Translations under genes and position numbers: made by a program
Notes under the pieces: generated by a model
What the model was told of the DNA's origin: nothing
What the model saw: the letters and a program-made list of their open reading frames with translations, nothing else
Databases searched by the model: none
Shown: piece after piece, positions 1-13,800 of the stretch
How the letters are laid out: each line of letters starts with the position of its first letter
How positions within the stretch are numbered: the first letter of the stretch is position 1
Source: Marsupella aquatica
Lineage: Eukaryota; Plantae; Marchantiophyta
DNA length: 64,000 bases
NCBI GenBank assembly: GCA_973895155.1
Contig: OZ316897.1
Location: 2,235,312 to 2,299,311 of the forward strand
Direction of reading: 5' to 3'

Positions 1-859
1 TTGGGTTGCCCGGCTGCCACCACCATTGCGCCGAGAAACAGCGTCTAAAGTACTTTTGACTAAAAGGAACCGAAAGCACGAGAGAACCACGAAGGAAGTG
101 ACTCGAAGGGAAGGAAGCACGGCTAGCAAGGGAGCGAGCGAAGGAGGAAGCAACGAAGACGCAGAGCAGAAGTTCGTGTGAATGGAACTCAAGGCGGGGC
201 GGAAGAATTTTGTGCAACCGAGTGGACGAAGAAGAAGCGGCCTGCGCGTCATCGCTACCTACACCACCGAAGCCCCAGAACGAACGCAGCCTCGGTTCAC
301 AGCGTACCAGGTGAGAGTGCCGACTGCCGACTCCGTCCCTTTCCAAATCTCATGAATGCAGTCAATCCTGGCCTCTATGATTATTGTGTTGAGGTACTTC
401 AGAGTGGACGCATCTGAGTGAGATATCGGTCAATTGTTGTGCTGCTTTCTGTTCTCCGTTTTCGTTGATGAGAGGGCCGATTTGTTGGTTGGGCTTCTCA
501 TCCGGCTGGTGCGTGGATTCTGGTGTAGAGAGGATAGGTATGTGAAGAGGAAGAATTGCACGGGAGCTGGTAGAACAGGGGAGAGGAAAAGTTTAGGTCT
601 CTAGTTTTAAATCCCGACGTTTGGAGGGAGTGGGTGTTTTGTGGGTTTTTGAGCTTGTTGGACGGATTTTGCTGGCGTTGTCATGAAGTGAAAGGGAGGG
701 GAGAGATAGCCCAGGGAATCTGCAAGAGAATTTTTGAGAATCTGAGCTGTGGAGTTGCATTTCATCTCAGTGGAAGTTGAGGACCGGAAGTGAGGGAAGA
801 TATAGAGTGCTGTGAGCCGCATGTGAAGGGTGTGGAGGTAGGCGAGAAGGAAATCTTTG

Positions 860-3516
860 ATGGCAGCACCTGGCGGAGGGGGCTATCCAGGCCCCCCTTC
901 CGCACCACCAGCACCATCTGCGCCCCCTGCACCGTCGGCGTATCAGGGACAGCAAGCATGGCAACAACCCAGTTACAACTCTGGTCCTCCGAATTACAGC
1001 TCTGCTGCACCAACAAATTATAGCGTTGCTCCTCCGTCAAGCTACAGCTCTTCTCCATCCTCCCTTTCTTACGGCGGCAGCCAGCGATACAATTCTCAAA
1101 GCTCGTTTAGCGGGTCTGCACATCCTCCAACCACACCAACGGCAACTCCTTACACGGATCCACAGCAGCTGAACGCCGCTCCATACGGTCAGACTCAGGC
1201 TCCGAACTCCTATGGGCAAGGGCGGCCTCAAAGTCCAGCTACGTATGGCCATACTAACCACCCCCAGGCCTCCTATGCAGATCCCTCGAACCTGAGCTCC
1301 TCGTATCAGTCCCAGACTCCACCCAGTTACGGGCACCCTACAACACCTTCTAGCTATGGGCAGCCTCCTCAGCCGAGTAGCTATGGTCAACCTCCTCAAC
1401 CAGGAAGCTATGGAAAACCGACGTCTCAGCCGACGAGCTATGGACAACCTCCTCAATATGGGCAGTCACAGTATGCACAGCAATCACAATATCCAGCCGG
1501 AGGGTATCCAGCCGGAGGGTATCCGCCGTCAGTGTATGGGGCTGCTTATGGACAGGGGTTCAATCAGCCTGGCAAGCCGAAAGTGCAGTTCCCCATTGGC
1601 ACTGATCCGGACATAATTAGGGCTTTTGAGCTGGGTGACATTGATGGGAGCGGAGCTATTGATGCGGCCGAGCTGGGTCGAGTTTTGTCGACTGGGCTGC
1701 CTTTCAGTATGCGCACTGTCAACTTAATGTTACATTTATATAGTAAGCACGGGGCCAATAAAATAGGTATGATTCATCTCTTGGTATGATTTGTTTTGTT
1801 TTGTTTCGATCAATTGATTCATGAACAATTTGAGTTGTTCTTGACTTCTTTACCCAACAGTGTTTATAAAGCCAAAGTTTCGTATAGCCGAGGCTCTGTT
1901 CTTTGTGAAATGACTTCGTTGGCAGAATTTTGTCAAACTATTACCCCGCGTCCCAGAACTTTCTTGGTGCCTTGTCGAGGAAGCTATCGGACAGTAGGAA
2001 TTAAATGTAGGAATGTTAATTTACGGTGGAATGAAAATTGTCGTCACTAGAAATTCCTACCTCAGGATAATGGAATGATTGTCAACCAAGTGATCAAGTG
2101 AACGAGCTGAACGGGAGCAGTAAGAGTATGACACAGCAATTTGTCAGTAGATTTTCAGCATTTAACTCTGCATTGTCGGTTTCCCCTCCCATAAATCTGG
2201 AACCGATTCAGACAGCTAATTCACCCTGAACTCCATCCTGTTCGAAAGCTGTCGCAATGAGAGATACTTACTTTCTCTTCATATGCAGCATATTTATAGT
2301 CAAATTGTAACGAAAAAGCTGTAATGCTGGACCAAAATCTGAGTACTTCATCTGAATCGACGGCAATAAGGGCGGTCGAAGTATATTCAGTGCGTGGAAC
2401 CGAGCTAATATGGATTATACTCTAATTCAGTTCTCTATCTGAATTGCAGGGCCAACGGAATTTATATCCTTATGGAAGGCATTGAAGGAGTGGAAGGTAT
2501 GCTCGTTCATGTGAAGGAATGCTTTCATCCTCTGACTGTACTTGCTGTGGTTTTTCAATTCATCACAAGGACACGGCTCTCTGTCTGGCGATTCCAGGGC
2601 AATGCCATACCTCTCACCATTTGCGCTATATCTTGTACTAGTTGAGCATCACGGGTTAAGACTGTTGATGGTTCCAAGTCATCGTATAGATCTCAGAAAG
2701 CGTGGAACTAACTTAATTAGAGAGTTTTTCAAACCCTTGTTCAGGATAGGGTTGCTCAAGGCTAGATTATGTTTCTGTGTATTTTAAGGTGATGTTGATG
2801 TCTTTGGTTCTAATAATGCTGTACTGAGCTGCGATGGATGGGATTGTTTGTGATGTGTACTATCTCATCTATTAAAAGTTAAAGTTATAAATTCTTCCTT
2901 ATCGTACAGGTGTGCTTTGAGAGGTTTGATAGAGATCGGAGTGGAAGGATTGATCATAATGAACTACGAGATGGGCTTCTAAGTATGGGCTATGCAATTT
3001 CCCCACCTCTTCTCACTGTCTTGATCTCAAAGTATGACCGGACAGGCGAGGCCAAGGCTTTGGATTACGACAACTTTGTAGAGTGAGTATCTTCTGAACA
3101 AGCTCTATTCTCCGTTTTCGACGTCTTTGATCTGTTTTTCCAATTCGAAAAGCTCCCAGATCAGTATCTTGAATCTGACTGTAATTGAAAATGTCTCATT
3201 TGTGAATCTTTTCAGGTGCGGATTGGTTGTGAAGGTATGTCTACATTGCCATTTGTTACCTCAATTTCCTGTATCAATTGGGTGTCCCTCGCGACAAGTA
3301 CACCCTTGCTTTAGTAGATGTATCAGATGGCGAGGTGGGAAACAATTGAGAGAGTAATCAATTGCATTGATGTTATTAATTATTGCTGACCCGTTCCTTT
3401 CATTGACACAGGGACTAACGGACAGATTCAAGGCAAAGGATATCAGATTAACTGGATCTGCAACACTAGACTATGAAACATTTATGACTATGATTCTACC
3501 CTTCATTGTTGCCTGA
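860..3516 (+). CDS. Penta-EF-hand calcium-binding protein (peflin/ALG-2 family; CML49/CML50-like), 5 coding exons
   Basis: Exons 860-1766, 2450-2496, 2910-3082, 3216-3234 and 3412-3516 are joined by GT-AG introns and stay in frame. A long G/P/Y/Q/S-rich N-terminus is followed by EF-hands DIDGSGAIDAAEL and FDRDRSGRIDHNEL, then LDYDNFVECGLVVKGLTDRFK...ATLDYETFMTMILPFIVA*. Confidence 0.93.
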
Positions 3517-4283
3517 GACCAGCTATCTCAGCTGCGTGCTGAGCTTTGTTTTCTTCATCGATCATGATTTTAGCAGAATTTTAGTTTATTTTATATTAGT
3601 TGTCTGTTCGAGAGTGTGTAGGTTCTCCTCTACAGTAAATAACTTAGGTAGCTATTTTCTGAACGACAGGTTCCGACTAGATGATACTGCAATCCTTCCG
3701 ATCCCCTGTGCCTGTGTAACTCTGGATCTCTCCAGATTACCGTTCCACAGAGGTGCCGTTGTCACGTCGCAAGCTCTTTAAGATCCTTGTTAGTGATGTT
3801 TTTTGTAGACTCTTAGATTTCGATCCTGAATAACCTTTTTTGTAGACGCTAGGTGTGAAATATACTACACGACCCCTCAGAGTTGGCAAGTTAGGAAGAG
3901 TTGGCAAGTTCATGATACGGAAAACATCCATACAAGACTGAATGGCATTTGTGGTTCTTCCCCTTTAAAGAGTCTCTAGCATCTACGGGTGTTTCCAAGA
4001 AGTCCAAGCAAGTGTTGATGGTCTGATGGTTTTTTATATGCAGCTGCACCTCCTAAGTGAAAAATAAATCATCCACCCTTCAAGTTCTATCTATTAAATT
4101 GGTCGTTTTGGTGTTTGTCCGTCCAATCGCATGTGGTTGTGCTACCAATAGATCAGTCAATAGATTAACTAGCCCCGACTATCTATTCTTGAAAGTGAAT
4201 AGAGGTAGAGGAGTCTTATAAAAGTATTAACAAAATATATATCTTATTCACATTCTTTGAAGGTTAATGAAATAATATATATC

Positions 4284-4884
4284 TGTTAGAATACCATAGT
4301 TAAATCACTAGGGTTGCTTACCTAACCTTAGTTAGGAACCTTGTAATCATTCATACCATATATATACACCCGAGGGAGAAGTTGGATTAGAGTTGGAGAT
4401 TATCATACAACACGTTATCAGCACATTGACTCACCGACATTGAGCAAGGCTGGCTATGGCGAATCAAATCTGAAGAAATGCATAAGGACGTCACAGAGGG
4501 ATCAGAACCGCTGGCTCGACCCCGATTGGCGCACGAGAAGAAAAGAGTAGAACTCACAAGGAACAGATCGATCGAAATTGCCAGAAGAACAGAAATGAGT
4601 ATGGAGAAATGATAAGGAGATAGGAGAGGAGGCTCTACGAATTGCCGGCACTGATGAGAACCTTCACTAAAGAAAGAGAAGAGGAAATTGAACCCCGATC
4701 CAAGGCCGAGTCAAGATCTGTCACTATAGTTCTCATTGAAAAACGAGTGAAGGGAGAAATCGCCAAGTAATTGAGGGGCGAGTGAGTATTGATAAGAATC
4801 TCAGAGAAAAGGCAACAAAGAAGATAGGATCGAATAAGAAGGATCGGAGAATCTGATTCGATCTTCTTTGGAGTCTCCTTCTAT
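4284..4884 (+). mobile_element. Truncated Ty1/copia (Bianca-type) element: 5' LTR (4284-4412), PBS and part of the leader
   Basis: TGTT...AACA 129-bp LTR is similar to the LTR at 40394 and is followed directly by CGTTATCAGCAC and a leader similar to 40523 onward. It sits inside a ~39-bp AT-rich tandem repeat (TATTCACATTCTTTGAAGGTTAAT... on both sides). Confidence 0.85.
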
Positions 4885-5605
4885 ATTCATATTCTTTGAA
4901 GGTTAATAAAATAATATATATCTTATTCACATTCTTTGAAAGTTAATAAAATGGAAAAATTATTATTATTTAAATTAATAATTTTATATAACATGCTTTA
5001 CTTTTTTCTATGTACATATGTTACGGTGAGGCCATAAAACCAATTTTTTAATGCCCATGCCAAAAAGTATGCATGATTATCAGTTGACATATTATAGTCA
5101 TGAGTGTATGGCGATTTCACTCTAGAAACCTAGACCTCAAGTCTGGCTTGTATTTGGCGCTTTATAAGTAATGGAGTCAAGGTCTGGAGGCTGCACTCTA
5201 GAAGCCTAGGTTCTAACTCTAGCTTGTACTTGGCACTTTATAAGTAAAATAGTTTTGTTCTTATCCATTGGGGGTCATAGTTTGTATCCAGAAAACACCT
5301 GCCATGAAACCTACTTTAGTCTTTTGGCTTTGTCGCCTGCCACTTTATTCAATTTTGCTTGACGTTTTCATGAATGTTCATGAAACACAAGCCATTCCAT
5401 GAAATCAACTATTGTCCTTGACCTGTGTTCCCTGTCACATCATGCTTTGGTACCCCTTGTCTTGCAAACAAGCTTCATACTAAGGGCATGCAGTTGCATC
5501 CATGTTTTCAAAAATATTTCAAATTAATAGAGGCAAAACAATTAAAAAAGAATGTTTTTCTTCAGTTTTAGGGTTTAATTGACCCAAAATGTTGTAGGTG
5601 ATGTG

Positions 5606-5948
5606 TGTTAGATATTGCTCTAGTCTTGTGACTCATGAGCTAACCACAGTTAGTCTAACTCGGGTTAGGGCTTAGCTAATGTTAGCGGTAGTGTTGTTGT
5701 GCATATAGCCAGGGCTGATGCCAGACCCTGGTGGAACTTAGGCTCATTGTTACGGAGCTAGTTGAGAGATAGGGAGAGCTTGTGATGTGGATGCTTGGTA
5801 TGGCCGGTCGGCCTAGAGTGCAATAAAGCTCTTGTGTGTTCCCGTGGACGTAGCCTCATGTGGAGGTAAACCACGTATCTCTCTGTGTCGACTATTGTGC
5901 GTTGGATGTTCATGGGCTTGCCGTTGCGAATGTCGTCTATGCTCAACA
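5606..5948 (+). mobile_element. Solo LTR (family A)
   Basis: TGTTAG...CTCAACA, 343 bp, perfect 5-bp TSD ATGTG (5601-5605 / 5949-5953), near-identical to 16853-17196. Confidence 0.92.
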
Positions 5949-7889
5949 ATGTGGAGGCTCCAAATAGTGACAAAATAAATGATAACTACTCTATGTTTAA
6001 ATGTACGTCGTGATGCACTATGTACAATAATTCCTCAAAGGGCAAAATTAGATAGGTCTCCAATTGTTGTGTCATGAAAAACTACATAAATTCATTGTTT
6101 TACACGGCAGAAAGGTTAAGGCTCAATAAGACCACACACTATGGTGTTCACAAGTTTAGATACATTGCTCTTGAGGGTATAGAAATTGTCAAGTGGGAGA
6201 AATTGTGTTCAGCTATGGTGAAGAAGTTATGGAGAGACATGCATTGTTGTTTCCTCCCACTTGGTGAAGAAGACAAGATGGTGAGGGGGTTCTTTTGTCG
6301 TGGAGGGCTTGTCAACGAGCTACCCACAGACAGAATTCCTGATCGCAAATATGTGTAAATACTTTGTCAAGCATTTTAGTGACTATCCTGGCTTGATGGA
6401 GCACTTTGCTAACGACACACTCTCACACAAACAGTTCTGAGGTTAAAGCATGCACTGGTATATTCCATTGACTATTACTGTTGTTTGTCAATCATGTGTC
6501 CTTTTGCTTTGTCAAGTTTGATTCCTGTTTCACACTTTTTTATCTTGCATCACTCATGTTTGCCAAGCAAGCAAGTGTTGCACACTACACAATATCCCCA
6601 CATGCACATGGCTCGTGCCCAACGGGTATTTCTTTCTTTCTTTTTCCCAGCTTCATGTACCAACCGGGCACCAGCTTAATGTTTAATTTTTGCTAGCCCT
6701 GAACTATTGCATGTCTCCCTGTTACCACTCGGGCCCGCACTCGGGAGTTTGGCCGTCCTTTTGGTAACAAAAAATGTAGCTTGAATCGGTCCAATGCTTG
6801 ACCAAATTTTCCTCACAAATGGGGGCTGAAAGATGACCCTGGGTATGCAATTTAGCATACGTCATCACCCTTCAGTTCTAGTTGATGACCTACTTCAGTC
6901 TGTGTGACAAACAGATATGATGCACCACTCCTTGCACTTGGTTCTGATATTAATCAGTTGCATATGTAATTGAAAATTGTTCACATGAATGTCTAATGTT
7001 ACTAAGGTTCCATATCTACTTTCTTGACTTTGTTATCTATACACTCAGGGTATCACTATCTGGAGGCCTCCCCATCACCTGCCACGCTTTTTGGCCTTGA
7101 ACCCCCTAAAATGTAAGAAAACAAATATTTTTAAACCCCTATAAAGCTAAAATATTTTTAGAATGTTTCACTATTTTGATTAAAAAGACACTAATGTTCT
7201 TATAAGTCTCAAAATTGGATTTACAAGACCCTAATATTCTTCTCAAAAAATTCTTAAGTTTTCACTTAGAACCAATAAAATTACCTTATCTTTTGTCGCA
7301 CCTGGTGTGTCATTTTTGTGAAAATGAAATCCCCAAGGATAGATGTTTGATTCAAATGATACCAGTACTTCTTCTTTAACCTTTTTGCTTTATAACTTGA
7401 TAGAATACATTATCCCAGTCTTTCTACATACTATAACATCTTAAGAATCTCTCCCCTACATGTGTGAACACCTGGTTGCTTGTATCATTCAACATCCACT
7501 CTACGTACTCCCATGATATGCCATGTGTTATTAGCATGGCATGACATGAATGATTGTGTGTATATCATATCTAATAAAGATATTCCCTGGACCCATACTG
7601 TATGACTATTTCATGTTTTGTGTGTGGAGAGTGTTTTGTCTCAACGTGGCCTTAACTAGTTTATCTAACAGACAGGAGGATTCGAGGCAGGTTTGATAGT
7701 GAGGGCAGCCTGGTGGGAATTCAAAACTACAAGTGACTAGTCTGTGCCACTCAAGTTGTCTCCACACAACTGGTGGACACAACTGGTGGGAATGCTAAAC
7801 ATACAAGATGGATCTTGATCCCTTAGCAGCGCACACACCCAATGGACCTCCTGACAGTCATCTTATTATAAATGCGTCAACTGAAGTCT

Positions 7890-8960
7890 ACTCTTTAGGG
7901 GCTAGGTTTAGAGTGAAGAATCTAGACCGTAACTCCCAATACAAACAAAACTGACAATGAGTTTCAATAGGGTCAAATTTTAAATGAGTATGGACAAAAA
8001 TGACATTGACTCTAAATAAAGATAAAAGTGAATGAGGATGGACAAAAATTAGTTCGTGGACCCCTTGGCTAATAAAATCAGGGGGAAGAGTCGATCTGAG
8101 CCGTCTCCATTTCTTATCTCCAGAAATCTCGTCCGTCCATCATAATGGCCAATCTATGGCTCAAAAGAAAGATCTCAAATAGATCTATGGATGGGTTCTG
8201 TCAGTTTTGCAAATGGGTTAATATTTTTCAAATGAAAAATTAAACAAATCCAAGCCTTCCTAGCCGTCGATTTTGTTGATTTTATGATCTTTGCCGTCCA
8301 TTTTGTAATGCCTCTAGAAATCTTATTCATCCATGTTAGAAGGCGAGCTAGGGTGCAAAACAAAGATCTCAATGAGATCTACGACTGGGTATTTTTTGTT
8401 TTGAGAATGAGTAAATAGTTTTGAGTATAGAATTCGATGAACTTTCAAGATTCCAGCCATTCCTCCTCCCCGATCCTGGGTTTCTATGTGCTCTTCCCAG
8501 CATTAATGGCCATACAATACGAGAGGTCCTTACATACCGGGAGTTGCGGTTTAACAAGGAAGTTATCAAGTTAGTTATTAGTCATTATTTATTATATGAA
8601 AAATACTTTTTATAAATCTTTGAATTTAAGTTTTAAAATTGGAAATGTAACTAAAACGGTTACATAGTGATAGTTTTAACCGTCTTGCTCTTTGCATTTT
8701 CAATGTTTTTACTTTTCTTTTTACGGCACGATGTCCCAAAATTTACACCCAAATTGACACAAACACGAATGAAAACTATAAGTTTGATTTACAAAACCGA
8801 CGACTCTTGTTTGTTGCGGTTGTTGTTGACGTGGCACGCTGTGGTGCCAGGAATTTTGGAAAGTACCTCTAGTGGGGTCCGTAAATAAGGATGGGGCAAA
8901 GACTAACCAAAATAACATATACATTTTGTTGTTCATATTTATTTACTTTCAAGGAACCGC
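7890..8960 (+). repeat. Dispersed TE-derived repeat, homologous to ~20814-21560, interrupted here by a probable MITE (~8050-8885)
   Basis: 7890-8048 aligns by eye with 20814-20970, and 8888-8957 with 20971 onward and 21541-21560. The insert has short imperfect inverted ends (GGACCCC / GGGGTCC) flanked by TTA/TAA. Confidence 0.5.
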
Positions 8961-9082
8961 CGGTCATGGGGCTAGTTTGACACAACTGGTAGGAGACCTC
9001 GTGTAAGATGGATACAGAACCCGGTCATGGGGCTAGTTTGACACAACTGGTAGGAGACCTTGTGTAAGATGGATACAGAACC
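8960..9082. repeat. 61-bp tandem duplication
   Basis: CCGGTCATGGGGCTAGTTTGACACAACTGGTAGGAGACC...GATACAGAAC x2. Confidence 0.9.
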
Positions 9083-9459
9083 CTTAGCAGCACACAGTCC
9101 CATTGGGCGGATTGTGTAGGGTTGTGCCAAAAGTTGGCTTTTAATAGAGAAAGCAGGAAACAAACTGTCATCATACTTTGGTCATGGAAATTTCATAAGG
9201 TTTTCAAGTGTGGGCGATTATGATAGAGCAATTCTCATCCTCGAGAAACTTCATTAGTGGGGGCCCAGACTGAAATCTAGTCTTTAAGGGGAAGCTGGTT
9301 TGCTTGGTTGGCCGGCATGGCAAACCATCCCTGTTCGTATATGAACGACGACAGACAGGGTAGGTGTGAATAGTTAATCAGAAGTCGCAGTTTGGGTACT
9401 CGATTCACCCTACATGGAAGCAGTGAGTCCTTGGTTGAGGAGCTTAGCTTGAGGAGGGA

Positions 9460-9510
9460 CCTGAGCACGCAAACCTCCTGAGCACGCAAACCTCCTGAGC
9501 ACGCAAACCT
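9460..9510. repeat. 17-bp tandem repeat x3
   Basis: CCTGAGCACGCAAACCT repeated three times with no spacers. Confidence 0.9.
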
Positions 9511-10858
9511 GATCGAGCTGCCATGAGTTTCAGGATTCTGGGAACGGAAGAGCAGAGCACGACTCGTTCACTCTAGGCCCCACTTTGCCATGGCCCTAAA
9601 CTTAAGGCCATCTTGCACGTCGTCATCTCTTACAAAATCGACCCTAAAATATTATCTTGCAGATTTTTCCAGCCATGGAAATTTTTCCATAAAGTGCCTC
9701 TCTACATCATTCTTGCATGACATCAACAAGGGCCACGGCAATAGGTACACAATTCTCGGATAGGAAGAGGCAGGAAAAGAATGCAAAAATCGAATGTAAA
9801 TCTGAGATCCATTACCTAGCATGTCTAGCAAGTGTCATCCTACAGATTCCGGGCCTACAGTCCCCCACAATAGCCAGTGCCAAAGGTTCCTGATAAACCA
9901 GGTTCCAGGTTCGTCCTTCGTCTACAAGAACATTCCTCTACCAAAACAGGCAGCGGAAAGGGATTGCAGTGACATACTCTCGAATCCCAACACAGCGCTT
10001 TATGGATTATGAATTTGTCTGGCAGTGCAGCGGATCTTCGCTGCGACACCGTGAAGTACTTTAATACCAGTGCATGGTTTAAGACTAATCTTGCTCGTAC
10101 GACAAACTGTATAACAATGTGGATCTCTCAACTCAGATGTCAAATACACCTGTCCATCTCAAATGCGCGACTGACTCTTCCTCTGTTAAAATCCGCAGAT
10201 AATTCTCACAGGATGACAGTCAGTTGAAAAGGTGAACTGAGGATACAATTCAACAGCGACCCAGTCAATTCCTTCAAGGCAGCGGAGCACCAACTTCGTC
10301 AAAATCCCCGGATCAGACCATCCCACCTCTGCAATTTCAACTGTACACAGTAACGCCAAACCAAGGGACTACAGAGAGGGGGCATCATTGGACCAACGCA
10401 ATCCCCTTGAATTTCCAACAGGACTAACTAAAGTTTCTATCATCAAAATCAAACGCGCTGACTCGTAGCATGAATAATTCCCATTCCACACCTACAGGCA
10501 CCAAGATGGCAAACTGCAATCAATTGACAGCCTGCCAGACTTTGCCAGACAGTTTCGTCGCTATGAGGTTTCAACCCAATACAAATACTCTGATATATAT
10601 ATTGGGCTACTGGCCAGCCCTAACTAAAATTTACTACATTAAAGGACAGCATCTGACTTGGAACCATGAGATCACTCACGAGGCGCTGCACAGCAACCAG
10701 TCACCAAAAGGTTTCCAACCTTTCCCAGCTAGACCTTCTATCTATGGACCCAGAGATTGCGAGTTGTCATGTGCACCCCTCATTTCGACAAAATTGCGTG
10801 AACCGGTGTTCTTGAGGTAAATCCTCCCGTGTAATTTTCAACTCTTCTCTGCACAGCG

Positions 10859-13800
10859 TCATGTCTTAGAAGTTGATCTGGAGTAACAACACAGGGATTA
10901 ATGTCAATTGTCTTTCAACGAGATGCTCCAATAGAGCCAGAGAATGCCCTAAAGGCACTTTCTATAGACTAATTATGGCATTCTAAGGAACTCCACCAAG
11001 CAAAATCTATTACAGCATACAAATGCAAGAATGAAAGTCATCAAATGGGGATATCATAATCTTTGAAAGAAAGTGGAGAACATGTACCTGGGAATAAAAG
11101 CAAGTGCACTTGTGGTAAGAGCTCTTTGCAGATTGGGGCTACTATTGTTGGATGTAACGTCAATAGGACTTTGACCAGATCCCATCAACAGTTTCTCAGA
11201 AATACTCTGCAACTCCTGCAGCAGAATTTCAATTCATAGAAAATCAGAAGCCTTACAACTTGTACGTTTTTGTCCTCAACCTCACAAACAAATAAAAATG
11301 GGTCAAGAAAAATAATAATTTGATAAACAGATGCTTTCGTGTGAGAACTTTCAAAGTACTTATTACATAGTCATCATTATAACCCAAACTTGACATTAAC
11401 ACTGACCTTCAATCCGGATGAAGCCAAAAAAGGTGTGGATGATGTACGCTCCAACCTTGTCCTCGAGTAGGCATGGAAACCCTGCATGCCAAACCATCCA
11501 CCGGCCATTCATAAATCAATCCTTGATGTACTGTTTGTCCGTTCACAAGCAATAGCCCACCAATAACTCATGCTTAAGGATCACAGACAAGATCATTTGT
11601 AACACGCAGAGCACTAGAAACTAAATAGAGCATAATAGAATCTGAATCTCAAAACAATTACCAACAAAGTCATAAAATAGAAGCAAAGGAAGCTCAAACA
11701 ATCACAAACCTGCAAGAGTTCTGGTTTTTGGCCACCTTCCAATCCTTGCAACACAAATCGGCACAACAGGACAATTCCCTGGTTGGCAAAGTCCTGGACA
11801 GAATTTCAATGTCAACAGCTTGTACACAAAACCTAACTAACTTAAATAAACCTGCACAGAGGTGGAGAGCGACAAGGCACGAGTACAGGCTAGGACCCTT
11901 GCCGACTTGCATTATCCTTACAATCATCATATCAAATCACACTGGTCCCAACAAGCACAATACTGTTGGACTCCCGCTAGTGTTCAAAATTATAGTGTTG
12001 TTAAGAAGTGCGTGGAGCTAAGTAGAGAGGAATCTACACGAACAAAGCCAAAAGTACCTGTTTCTCAGCCACCTCATCAATCTTTCCCTCCTATTCACTC
12101 ATCACCACATAAAAACAATCCTTCAAACATCAGATCCACATCCTCACAATGCAATTCACAACATGAAAATCGTTGAGGTGAAAGCTAACAAAACACTTTT
12201 CAGCCGTCAACTTTCAATCAGCAAGATTTAAGCAACCTTGAAAGGCAGCACATCTATTAACATCGTCCCATTCGTTTCAAAATACTCACCAAACCCTCAA
12301 TATGCTTGTTTACGTCCCTCATTTCCAAACCAACCTGTGCAACCTCTCCATGGACGACACTAACCTGGCGGACACTGGGAAGAGGATCAGTATAATCATA
12401 TAAAAACGATTGAACACCATAAAAAGAAGTCACTATACTGTATCATACTGACAATCATTGTCGTAAGGTTCAATATAAAACATTGACTTCAAGATGGCCC
12501 CAAATCGACAAAAAGAAGACTAGAATATTCCCAACTAATCAAGTAACACACCTGATATCCAGATATGATGTACAATGCTAGGAATTAACGAAGTTTTTTC
12601 CTATGCCTACTACTAATTCCCTAATTACATTTTCTTCCTTCGCAGAATTTCTGAATCAGTGAATCATAATATTGTGAAGTAAAGGCAAGTGTCCTGCAGT
12701 AGCTTCATTGGCACAAAAGCTGCCGACTGAATGTGACATGATGCATGTTGACACATAAACTGCAGACTCCAAATGGTTCCAAACAATTCAAGTAGACGAC
12801 TTGAAGCAGAACTATAACGCACAACTCATTCCAGTGATACAAAGACGGGAACTCAAGGAGAGTCTATCTGCGACTTTCGAACGAACAATTCAGCACAAAC
12901 CAACCTGTGTCTGGATGGCGTTTGTGACTGCTGTATTATCTTCCAGACTTCGTGACATGAAGTCCAGTCGTGATGTCAGCTGTCGCTTGGTAGTCTGCGT
13001 AGAGAAACAATGTTATCAAGCTGGCTATGGTAGTTTGACATCCACGAAGAAAACAAAAGTCTCATAGGTCAATCAGACATCTTGCTGGGTCCAAGCTGAC
13101 ATTGCTTACGGGAAACAAAAGACAGACTAGCGTCTGTCAAATGAATCTCCAGGTGCTCTGAAGCTCTCAAGGTAGCCAGCGAGGATAGCAATAAAACTTA
13201 CAACAAGAGCTGATGAGACTGAATCCAACTGCTTTCCCATGCTGGCAACAGCATTATTCATGTTTCGCTTAGTCACATACATGACATCCGAGAGAGACCA
13301 CCCCTGCAAAGAAGAAACGTATTTCATTGCGAGGTCAGAGAGTTCGGTGATGTGCAACTCGTTAAAACATGTCCCATGATGGCAGTAATTTTCTCGCCTG
13401 TCAAACTTTAATGGGGAAAAAGTTGGTGAAAAGCAAATCACCCTGTGCCTTTCAAATATTTTCATGACCAACATCTCAAAGCATTCAGATGGGCCGTACC
13501 CTTAACCACATGTATCCATAACCGGCCACTCCAATCACAGCAGCTGGTAAAAAGAGAGACCCAAAGTTGGCTGCACCAAATGCAAATGACCTTTCAATCA
13601 GTACCGTCAGATACTAAATCACTTGAAAGTTTCAAGCATAGTAATTATCATATGAGAACAATTCCATACGGCCATTTTCTCGTTTTGCGTTGCAAAGCAT
13701 CAGTCTTGGCCACACGATGATAGTATGTCAGATTCATATAATTGCTTGGAAAATCGCTCTACGTAGATGGCAATCAATGTCATGCATGATAGGAAACCAG

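Noticed and set aside
1037-1456. Arg-rich antisense ORF (139 aa)
   Set aside because: It is a shadow of the repetitive PEF exon 1 on the opposite strand.
6074-6430. Coding-like fragment with a degenerate C2H2-like stretch
   Set aside because: It has stops, no coherent gene model and no family I can name.
9460-9510. Short direct repeats here, and at 18757-19210 and 59710-60320, considered as CRISPR arrays
   Set aside because: They are pure tandem units without unique spacers, there are no cas genes, and the context is eukaryotic.
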